In this document: in pieces, positions 31,263 to 38,523 of the stretch | How the letters are laid out: every line of letters starts with the position of its first letter | Numbering within the stretch: the first letter of the stretch is position 1 | Source: a virus | Lineage: Duplodnaviria; Caudoviricetes | DNA length: 40,811 nucleotides | Direction: 5' to 3' (one strand) | IMG/VR virus record: IMGVR_UViG_3300024518_004288 | Span: 1-40,811 of that record | Made by a program: the position numbers and the translations under genes | Notes under the pieces: model-generated | The model's database searches: none | The model's input: only the letters and a program-made list of their open reading frames with translations | What the model was told of the DNA's origin: nothing

Positions 31263-31781
31263 TTATTTACCTAATAGCTTTTCCCTATATTTGACCTCGT
31301 CTTTATCCTTAACATCATGATGGTCTAGCAACCCCTCAACATATTCTTCAGCTGAGCCGTCGGATTCTTCTCTGTTTTTGTAGTCGATTTGTGCTTTAAA
31401 GGCCTCTTCCTCGGTAGGGCGATCCAAATATTCTTTGTCCTGCTTCTTATCATCTACATTGCCGGTAGACTGCTGTAGATAATGCATAAGCTCGTGGACC
31501 AAATAATTCGTAGGATCCTCAACGTCACTATCGTCTTTCAACATTTTTTCGTTCAAGTATATCTTTTCGTCTTTGGTTTTTGCAGACACATCTAGTTTAC
31601 AAAATTCAATGTGCACATCGTCAATTTCATCCAACGATACGCCATACTCTTTGAATTTCTCTATTACCTTGGGGTCAGACTTAACCGTGCGACGCATTTC
31701 AGCTACAAACTTGTCGGCGTCAGGCTTTGACCGCTTGCTCAGTTTCGTCAGCTTTAGGTGCCTCTGTGACAGTTTTCTCAT
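31263..31781 (-). CDS. Zincin-like metallopeptidase (172 aa)
   Basis: IYLN...YLVHELMHYLQ (HEXXH) with a downstream Glu in YLDRPTEEEAF. GAGG RBS. Confidence 0.7.
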   Translation of the reverse strand: MRKLSQRHLKLTKLSKRSKPDADKFVAEMRRTVKSDPKVIEKFKEYGVSLDEIDDVHIEFCKLDVSAKTKDEKIYLNEKMLKDDSDVEDPTNYLVHELMHYLQQSTGNVDDKKQDKEYLDRPTEEEAFKAQIDYKNREESDGSAEEYVEGLLDHHDVKDKDEVKYREKLLGK

Positions 31782-31980
31782 TAGATTCCTCAGCCTTATT
31801 AGTTTGCGACGCCAAGTCCATCATCTTGTGCAAGTGATGCCCCTGCTTCAACATAGTGATACGATGCTCTGCTCCCCGGATAGCAGTTTCTAGCCCCAGG
31901 ATTTCCATTTCTATTTCATCCTCTGTTTCCGGGCTCTTATACCCAATATACTCAATCGACACTGTTTCTATCTCACGCAT
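31720..31980 (-). CDS. Hypothetical protein (86 aa)
   Basis: AGGAG RBS and ATG start; fills the gap between neighbours and overlaps the next gene by 62 nt. Confidence 0.6.
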   Translation of the reverse strand: MREIETVSIEYIGYKSPETEDEIEMEILGLETAIRGAEHRITMLKQGHHLHKMMDLASQTNKAEESNEKTVTEAPKADETEQAVKA

Positions 31981-31994
31981 AACTTTCTCCTTGA

Positions 31995-32432
31995 TTATTT
32001 AATTAGTTCAATTATTAAAGCTATTATCCCTGGTAAGGACACAGCTCCCAGTTTTAAAAACCCCAAAGCTTTGTCCTTGGTGTAACTGGCTTCTGTTTTT
32101 TTTTCTGTCTCAAACAACTCCTTAACTTCCTCGAGCTTCTTATATATATTTTTCTCTGCCTCTTCATCGTGGGTCATATGTCCTGATAATTCTTCTATCG
32201 TGTCCTCTAGCGTTTTTTCTATAACAGCTAGGCGGGTCATCACTGATCCTTTGGCACTCTCATCGCTTAATAGGCTACTAACGCTGTCACCTAGGGATTC
32301 CAATTTAGCTTGCAAAGTAGCTAAGGCAGACGCATTATCCTGTATTTCGCCAATGAGGGTTTGCGCCAAAGCGGTAGTTTCAACCAGTGCTTTTGACAAC
32401 TCCTCATTAACATTATTTTTTGAGGGTGGCAT
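31995..32432 (-). CDS. Coiled-coil protein with C-terminal transmembrane helix (holin/XhlA-like architecture, 145 aa)
   Basis: Heptad-rich N-terminus, C-terminal hydrophobic LGAVSLPGIIALIIELIK, GGAG RBS. Confidence 0.5.
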   Translation of the reverse strand: MPPSKNNVNEELSKALVETTALAQTLIGEIQDNASALATLQAKLESLGDSVSSLLSDESAKGSVMTRLAVIEKTLEDTIEELSGHMTHDEEAEKNIYKKLEEVKELFETEKKTEASYTKDKALGFLKLGAVSLPGIIALIIELIK

Positions 32433-32625
32433 CTAATTCTCCGGCAAATTTGATTAGATCTTTGCACTTTTTTCTAGTATTTTTTACGGCCTCTAGGGTG
32501 CCATTTCCCAGAGCGTGATTAAGTTTTCTTATGTATTCGAGAAATCCTCTAACTTCCTCGTGACCCATTTCCTCCAACTCATCCTTAGTGGGCAGTTTGT
32601 CTAGGTCATAAGTAAATTTGCTCAT
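32413..32625 (-). CDS. Hypothetical protein (70 aa)
   Basis: ATG start in a tightly packed same-strand gene run. Confidence 0.55.
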   Translation of the reverse strand: MSKFTYDLDKLPTKDELEEMGHEEVRGFLEYIRKLNHALGNGTLEAVKNTRKKCKDLIKFAGELDATLKK

Positions 32626-32635
32626 TGTGTATCCC

Positions 32636-32866
32636 TTATGCCTGTATGCCTATGATCTGCCAAGCGCCTGACGATGATATGTATAGAGTTGATATAGCGC
32701 CTATCTCAAAACTATGAAAGCCTACCGGTAAAGTAATGTAGTCGAAGCCATCAAGACTTAGGGAGAACGTAACACCCGAGGCGACGCTAACATTGAGATA
32801 GTCTACAGGTCTATCAAAAGTAATAGTGTCATCTGCTGTTCCACCAAAAAATGTATTAGCTGCCAT
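32636..32866 (-). CDS. Small all-beta protein, possible virion decoration protein (76 aa)
   Basis: AGGAG RBS, alternating beta-strand pattern, and a leader motif shared with the sheath gene. Function is inference. Confidence 0.5.
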   Translation of the reverse strand: MAANTFFGGTADDTITFDRPVDYLNVSVASGVTFSLSLDGFDYITLPVGFHSFEIGAISTLYISSSGAWQIIGIQA

Positions 32867-32906
32867 GTTATTCTCCTAGTTAATATTTATCTTGCCATAT
32901 AAGTGT

Positions 32907-33200
32907 CTATACCATCCCTGTATAATATTCTTCCTCTTCACCAGGCCCGGGCGAATATTCATACTGATCATTCTTCATCATCTCTTTCATTAGATAGTGA
33001 TACACAGCTGATTTCATATGTCCATCTCGGTATACCCTAGTTATAGCATCCTGTATTCTACGCAGGTCATCTTCAAGCTGATGAAGTTTCTGTATATTCT
33101 CCGGCAAATCTCCTTCGGCAGCCTTATCAATCTCGTTGGCCAAATCGTATTCGCCTTTTTCATCTAGCGCGTTGGCTATTTTAATTAGATCTTTTAACAT
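32907..33200 (-). CDS. Hypothetical protein with N-terminal LIKIANALDEKGEYDLANEID helical motif (97 aa)
   Basis: AGGAG RBS; acidic C-terminus. Confidence 0.6.
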   Translation of the reverse strand: MLKDLIKIANALDEKGEYDLANEIDKAAEGDLPENIQKLHQLEDDLRRIQDAITRVYRDGHMKSAVYHYLMKEMMKNDQYEYSPGPGEEEEYYTGMV

Positions 33201-33209
33201 TGTATCTCC

Positions 33210-34097
33210 TTAAATAATCTGTCTAGCGCGTAGATGCCGCAATCTTAAGAAATTAGGATTGATTGCTGTAACTCTGAAAGTACCAAGTCCGAGAGGCGTA
33301 GGCTTAAGCGATGTTTTGATATGCTTTAGTTTTTCCTTATAGTCTTGCAGCTGAGTACTATACTGAGTGTTCAACATATCTGACACTTGAGGCGGCTGAT
33401 ACGAAACACCATTATCGGTTATGGAAAACTCTCTACCTTTTTCTATCAAGGCCTGAGCAGCCAACGCCAACAACACGGCACCCTGAGTTATTATATCCAT
33501 AAACAACCCTTGAATCTGTACATCGGCAAAAGTAAATGAAGTAAAGTGAGGATACTGATTGAACTCCGATAAACTATTTACCAGAAAACAAATCAGCTCA
33601 GTGTCACTAAATATAGCACACGGCGTTTCGACCTCGTTGCCCAAAGCATCCTTAACTTTTCTAACCCCATCGTTTTTAACACGTTTTTTCAACACACCCA
33701 TGAGTATGTTTATGCCGGTTATCTCGTCCTTGGTAAAACTAAACGGAACCTCGTCGCCCGGTTGATGGTCAGGTAGTTCAGATACCTCAACAGACCCGGC
33801 CGCTAATACCATAAAAGTAAACGCAGACTGTACCGACTCATTACCTATAACAGCAACCCAACGATCGGTCCAATAACCATCTGGATCGGTTAGTGGAACC
33901 TCGTAAGTAAAACTGTACAGCCCTGGGTCATCTACTAAAGATACACCGACGTTTGTTAATGACTGCTGTACTACTCCGTTGGAATCCGTTATCTCCACTC
34001 GCGGCGTATCATCAGCATTAACAGGGTTACCTGCAGCATCAAGAAAACGAACGAATAGCTCTACGGTCCTTCCACGTATAACTAATCTATTAGCCAA
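33210..34097 (-). CDS. Putative head-tail adaptor (neck) protein with N-terminal Ig-like domain (295 aa)
   Basis: TTG start with GGAGG RBS. N-terminal beta-sandwich (VELFVRFLD...PGLYSFTYEVP...YWTDRW). C-terminal FSDTELICFLVNSLSEFNQYP...FSITDNGVSY is a helical adaptor-like pattern. Confidence 0.55.
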   Translation of the reverse strand: MANRLVIRGRTVELFVRFLDAAGNPVNADDTPRVEITDSNGVVQQSLTNVGVSLVDDPGLYSFTYEVPLTDPDGYWTDRWVAVIGNESVQSAFTFMVLAAGSVEVSELPDHQPGDEVPFSFTKDEITGINILMGVLKKRVKNDGVRKVKDALGNEVETPCAIFSDTELICFLVNSLSEFNQYPHFTSFTFADVQIQGLFMDIITQGAVLLALAAQALIEKGREFSITDNGVSYQPPQVSDMLNTQYSTQLQDYKEKLKHIKTSLKPTPLGLGTFRVTAINPNFLRLRHLRARQII

Positions 34098-34117
34098 TAA
34101 AGTATCCTCCAGATGGA

Positions 34118-35083
34118 TTATTTCTTAGCTGTTTTCTTTACTGGTTTTGCCTTGGTCTTAGTTTGCTTTGGTTCTTTGACCGGCTCCTCTTTAAGCTTCA
34201 TAACTGTTGCACCGTCTTTAGTTCTGGTAGCCACACGGGTATCAAACTCCGTAGGCGCCGAAACTATAACTTGATCGGCATCATAAGCTTCAACCATACT
34301 AGATGGCAAATCAGCTGCACTATCTAACCCTAACTTTTCGGCTACATCGTTAAGCTCTTTAGCTGCTTTAATGCTTCGCTGTCCTGCTACCTTGCCTATG
34401 TTAGTTGTCACCGTGTCGCCTTCCTTAACGAACCCCACAACCGGTGTTGGCGGCTGAGCTTCCTCTGGTTCCTTTTCTGGCGGCTGAACAACCGTAAATG
34501 GCTGTTGAGCACTCGGCATTGATTGATTGGCTAGCTTTCCCATAGGATTAGACGCCGACTTAGCCTGCGTCTCCATGGTAATAACTGACTGATGACTTAG
34601 CGCATCGGGCTTCTTTAATACTGGCTTTAGCTCAGTATCAGATTCTTCCGATGGCAATTCATCTTGTGCAGCTTCTACAACCACTACAGCCCCATCACGC
34701 TTCTGTGAAACGCTTGGACCAAGATCACTAATCCCATAGTCCGCAAATCCGAAGCTACCGTCTTCCTCTAGCTCATCGTTTTGCGTTTCTAACACTACAG
34801 ATGTTTTTGTTTTCTTGGCTAACACTGCCTCTTTGCTTACTTTGAGTTTATTCAAAGCTGGTGCGGTAGGTTTATTTCTCACTACCTTAAGTGCCTTAGA
34901 GGTTAAGCGTCTTAGCAAAGAGCCTCTATCAAGAGACTCCTGAACCTTAACAACAGTTAAGTACGGATTCCACTTAAACACATTAATCGTTTTTCCCGCA
35001 GGAACTTTAACGCCCAATTCGCTTAAGCTTATATCCGAAGTGCCTGGATTTTGAACCCATAGCTCTTCACTTTTAAGTTTCAT
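34118..35083 (-). CDS. Hypothetical protein with low-complexity, Lys-rich C-terminus (321 aa)
   Basis: Long ORF in the operon: folded-looking N-terminal ~70 aa, then a Pro/Glu/Lys-rich region. Confidence 0.6.
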   Translation of the reverse strand: MKLKSEELWVQNPGTSDISLSELGVKVPAGKTINVFKWNPYLTVVKVQESLDRGSLLRRLTSKALKVVRNKPTAPALNKLKVSKEAVLAKKTKTSVVLETQNDELEEDGSFGFADYGISDLGPSVSQKRDGAVVVVEAAQDELPSEESDTELKPVLKKPDALSHQSVITMETQAKSASNPMGKLANQSMPSAQQPFTVVQPPEKEPEEAQPPTPVVGFVKEGDTVTTNIGKVAGQRSIKAAKELNDVAEKLGLDSAADLPSSMVEAYDADQVIVSAPTEFDTRVATRTKDGATVMKLKEEPVKEPKQTKTKAKPVKKTAKK

Positions 35084-35086
35084 AGT

Positions 35087-35323
35087 TTACTCCGCTTCCT
35101 CATCTGGCTCACCGGTCACTATAACGTTTGTAGCCTGTGATCCTCTATGATTCTCACCAAGACCATATGAAACTTTCTGCCCCGGCTTTAAGGTCTTAAA
35201 TCCTTCCATGTCTACATTTGACCAGTGGACAAACAAGTCCCCCGATCCGTCATCTTTAGTTATAAAACCGATGCCCTTTTTAGGATCGAACCAGCAAACT
35301 ATACCTGTTTCTAAATCTGTCAT
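35087..35323 (-). CDS. csp: Cold-shock domain protein (CspA family, 78 aa)
   Basis: GIVCWFDPKKGIGFI (RNP1-like), LFVHWS (RNP2-like), GFKTLKPGQKV. AGGAG RBS. Confidence 0.92.
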   Translation of the reverse strand: MTDLETGIVCWFDPKKGIGFITKDDGSGDLFVHWSNVDMEGFKTLKPGQKVSYGLGENHRGSQATNVIVTGEPDEEAE

Positions 35324-35340
35324 AATTATTTCTCCTTCAA

Positions 35341-36009
35341 TTATGAGTTAGCTCTTTTAATTTTTGCTAACAAATTATCAAGCTTGATGCACACCCTCTT
35401 ACCGTAAAACTTTTCAGGGTTCTTAGTCCCCTTCGATGAATTACAAGATAAGCAAAGTACAACTGCATTATTCAAGCTCAACGGGTGCCCCTTCACTAGA
35501 GGCCTATGGTGATCGATATGTAATCGATCACCTGATTTGCATTTGAAACACTTATTGCCAAATGCCTTTAACGTAATTTTTTCGTGCGCTGCAGTATAAT
35601 TTTCACCACAGGCAACTTCTCGGTCTCTTCTGCGACGGCATTGTTCGCGCACTTTATCCGGATTATCTAATTTCCACTGCCGCGACTTTTCGCGCGCGTC
35701 GTCTGAATTATCTTTGTACCACTCGCTCTTTCTAGTAGCTTCGCGCTCTGGGTTTTGCCTAGCATTCTCTAGTCGTTTCTTATTAGCTTCTTCTCTGTGA
35801 TCAGAGTGATGCTGCGCATTATATTCTCTTGTATAATCTTTATTTTCTGCGCGCCACTTCTCATAATATTCAGGGTTATCTTCCCGATACTTCTTATTAT
35901 CGCCATTTCTACAGACTTTACATCTAGGCTTTCTTCCATCTGGGCTCGACACCTGCTTATGAAACTCCGCCAATTTCTTCGATTTACCACACTTACTACA
36001 TTTTTTCAT
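35341..36009 (-). CDS. HNH homing endonuclease with N-terminal zinc finger (222 aa)
   Basis: Start moved to ATG 36009 (GAGG RBS). KKCSKC...EFHK...DGRKPRCKVC zinc finger; C-terminal CFKC...LHIDHHRPL...NAVVLCLSCNSSKG HNH motif. Confidence 0.88.
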   Translation of the reverse strand: MKKCSKCGKSKKLAEFHKQVSSPDGRKPRCKVCRNGDNKKYREDNPEYYEKWRAENKDYTREYNAQHHSDHREEANKKRLENARQNPEREATRKSEWYKDNSDDAREKSRQWKLDNPDKVREQCRRRRDREVACGENYTAAHEKITLKAFGNKCFKCKSGDRLHIDHHRPLVKGHPLSLNNAVVLCLSCNSSKGTKNPEKFYGKRVCIKLDNLLAKIKRANS

Positions 36010-36095
36010 ATCACTTCCTCTAGGTAAAAAAATATTATCCCCTTTTTCGGGTCGGACTTTTTTGTGTCCGAAAAAGCCACATTTGTGTGCCAAAA

Positions 36096-36135
36096 GGTAT
36101 ACTCCCGCACACACCAATACCTAGAATATTAGTAG
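36096..36135 (-). promoter_or_regulatory. Candidate late promoter element upstream of the HNH gene
   Basis: CTACTAATATT-N21-AGTATACC, matching the element at 9733-9772. Confidence 0.5.
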
Positions 36136-36138
36136 TTT

Positions 36139-36432
36139 CTATTGCTTCGATTTCGCTTCGTCGCTGGAATTATTGGGCTTTTGAGCTGGTGGCAACAGGT
36201 TCTCTTCCTCTGCTGCTAGCTCTAAAATCATGGAAATTGCGCCCTGAGTCTTAAGAAGGAGACTTTCTGCTTGCTCTAACCGCGTCTTTAATGAGGCTAT
36301 ATCGTCTTCCTGCCCGTCTCTCATGTCCTGCAAACTCTTTAATTTTGCTACGTATTTTTCGAGCACTGGGCCTAAATCCCCAGATGCTACCTTTTTATTC
36401 AAATAGTCCACTACATCTTGTTCTGTAATCAT
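36139..36432 (-). CDS. Hypothetical coiled-coil protein (97 aa)
   Basis: ATGA overlap with the upstream gene; heptad pattern. Confidence 0.65.
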   Translation of the reverse strand: MITEQDVVDYLNKKVASGDLGPVLEKYVAKLKSLQDMRDGQEDDIASLKTRLEQAESLLLKTQGAISMILELAAEEENLLPPAQKPNNSSDEAKSKQ

Positions 36433-37082
36433 GCTTTATCCATCCTTTCAATGCTAATTCGGTCGTTCTCTATATATACATATGTAGAACTGTCCATTAA
36501 ACTACCAGCATCATATAACGATCTACCTTTGTGTATTTGATATCCCGGTATATGAGTGTGGCCTATTACGATATTATCTGACAAATATCCGTACTTCTTT
36601 ATTACTTTTATTCTTTTATCAACTATAACGTTCTTATATAAGAACACTTTCCTTCCCCAGGTCTGAAAATCTATACCTGATAGATTATAAAAGAAGGCGT
36701 TTACTTTGGCCAATATCTTCTGATGTGGAGCCATATTCATAAACTTGTAAACCTGATGCCCGTGGATAAACAAAATAGGATTGGGGCTCTTCCTATTATA
36801 CAAATACATGTCCTTAACTTTGGCACCCGGTATTATGGTCTGGTGGCACGATACATTGTCGTGATTTCCTCTAACCCATATCACCGGCTTTTGCTTAGCT
36901 ATGGACCGCAACTTCTTTATTACCGGGCTCTGGGTGAAAAAATCAGCCAGCCAAGTGTCTACAATGTCGCCGTTTAATACCAATCGATCGTATTCTACTG
37001 AGTCTAACAACTTAACTATATCATCTTCATTGTGTAATCTTGGGTCACCTATGTGTATATCAGATAGCACCAATATTCTCAT
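36429..37082 (-). CDS. Calcineurin-like metallophosphoesterase (LpxH-like motif set, 217 aa)
   Basis: All five motifs present: SDIH, NGDIVD, GNHD, HGH, GHTH. Confidence 0.88.
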   Translation of the reverse strand: MRILVLSDIHIGDPRLHNEDDIVKLLDSVEYDRLVLNGDIVDTWLADFFTQSPVIKKLRSIAKQKPVIWVRGNHDNVSCHQTIIPGAKVKDMYLYNRKSPNPILFIHGHQVYKFMNMAPHQKILAKVNAFFYNLSGIDFQTWGRKVFLYKNVIVDKRIKVIKKYGYLSDNIVIGHTHIPGYQIHKGRSLYDAGSLMDSSTYVYIENDRISIERMDKA

Positions 37083-37993
37083 GTTATAATCATTACCCTT
37101 CTGGCTCCTGCTACGGGTGTGTAATTTATTACGATAACACCGTGTTCAGCAACTGAACCGGCAATTCCTGTGCCACCTTTACCGCCACCGCCACCGCCGG
37201 CACCTGCGCCGGCCCCATAGTTACCGCCTGTAGAGCCTGCGCCGCCTTGAGCTTCAGAACCACCACCACCACCGCCACCGCCACCACCACCGGCACCAGT
37301 GGTTGCATCGAATATTGTTCCATTGCCCCCGGCTGTGCCTGCGGTACCGTTCGCTTTATCACCGCCACCACCGCCGCCGCCGCCGGATGTACCACCATCC
37401 GTAGGGCCACCTGCGCCTCCGGCACCGCCTGCGCCGCCGTCCGGATCTGTGCCCACTGAGCCGGCAGTTCCAACAACGCCAACTCCGGTTGTACCACCAG
37501 CACCACCACCGCCGCCGCCTCCGCCGCCACCGTTACGATTTCCACCACCGTTACCACCAGCAGCTCCAGCGCCACCATCAAAATTACCACCAGCACCAGT
37601 GCCGCCCGTGCCGCCGCTGCCAGCATTACCACCTGTAGCGTTTGCAGGATTGCCCTGACCACCGCCGCCACCTATGGCGTTTACTACGGCTGTAGAATCC
37701 CAAAATGTATTAGTGCCGTCTGTAGCGTCACCACCATTAGAACCACCAGCGCTACCACGAACTCCTACTTGAAAAGCAACTGTGCCGGAAGCAGTTTGAT
37801 TGGTGACTCGGCGGTATTCACCACCGCCACCACCACCACCACCACCGCCGCCGTCTTGACCAGCGGTTTCGTCAGAGCCACCGCCGGATCCGCCGCCGGC
37901 GCCGATGCATTCAATAGAATTATTAGCGTCGTTCCAGTCGCCTGGAACTGTCCATGGTGATATATCCACAGATGTTAGGATTATCTGGGTCAT
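37079..37993 (-). CDS. Glycine-rich (polyglycine II) virion / adhesin-like protein (304 aa)
   Basis: WTVP...IECIGAGGG...GGGGEY...GVIVINY frame with long Gly runs, as in phage glycine-rich domain proteins. AGGAG RBS. Confidence 0.7.
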   Translation of the reverse strand: MTQIILTSVDISPWTVPGDWNDANNSIECIGAGGGSGGGSDETAGQDGGGGGGGGGGGEYRRVTNQTASGTVAFQVGVRGSAGGSNGGDATDGTNTFWDSTAVVNAIGGGGGQGNPANATGGNAGSGGTGGTGAGGNFDGGAGAAGGNGGGNRNGGGGGGGGGGAGGTTGVGVVGTAGSVGTDPDGGAGGAGGAGGPTDGGTSGGGGGGGGDKANGTAGTAGGNGTIFDATTGAGGGGGGGGGGGSEAQGGAGSTGGNYGAGAGAGGGGGGKGGTGIAGSVAEHGVIVINYTPVAGARRVMIIT

Positions 37994-38003
37994 GCTTTAC
38001 TCC

Positions 38004-38519
38004 TTAGATAAACTTACGAACATTATCCAGTAAGTCACTGGAAGGCGTATGAGCTAAGTCGCCCACAGCAATCCGCTTTATTTTGTTGCCATTGTTTATT
38101 GCTGACTCCAGTATATCAATATCTTTCTGTATTGCATAGGTAGACGTTGCATCAGGCGCCGGTGAGAAAGTAGCACTCGCTACCTTAGTGGACGAAACAT
38201 AGTCACTAATAGTAACTTCTTGTCCTGCCCCTGTCCCACCAGTAATTAGCACACTCATACCGTTGTAAAAATCATCAGCCTGAGTGTCACCAACGGCCAG
38301 CGTAATACTGGAAGTTGATCCAGCTTGTGCTGTGCCGCTTGCTGCCGTCCTGCCTAAATCAATAGCTATCTGGGTATTGGAACGACTATCCTTGAATACA
38401 TCCCAATCTTGTTTTTGTTCTGACACTTCTAGTAAGGCTCGCCGCAAGCGAAGGCCATTATTGCCAACTTCTTGCGCCCAGTTTAAAAAGGTTTTATCCC
38501 CATCATAAATGCCTGCCAT
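38004..38519 (-). CDS. Putative virion structural protein (171 aa)
   Basis: Internal beta domain SGTAQAGSTSSITL...DDFYNG...ITGGTGAGQ...ISDY, a pattern common in phage structural proteins, flanked by helices. Confidence 0.55.
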   Translation of the reverse strand: MAGIYDGDKTFLNWAQEVGNNGLRLRRALLEVSEQKQDWDVFKDSRSNTQIAIDLGRTAASGTAQAGSTSSITLAVGDTQADDFYNGMSVLITGGTGAGQEVTISDYVSSTKVASATFSPAPDATSTYAIQKDIDILESAINNGNKIKRIAVGDLAHTPSSDLLDNVRKFI

Positions 38520-38523
38520 TTTT

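Noticed and set aside
36010-36117. 36-aa N-terminal extension of the HNH ORF in the ORF track
   Set aside because: A better ATG with RBS lies at 36009, right at the zinc finger; the extension overlaps the candidate promoter and leader hairpins.
37079-37993. (CCA/CCG)n microsatellite-like tracts and the overlapping Pro-rich or Ala/Val-rich alternative ORFs
   Set aside because: Explained by polyglycine codons of the minus-strand gene.
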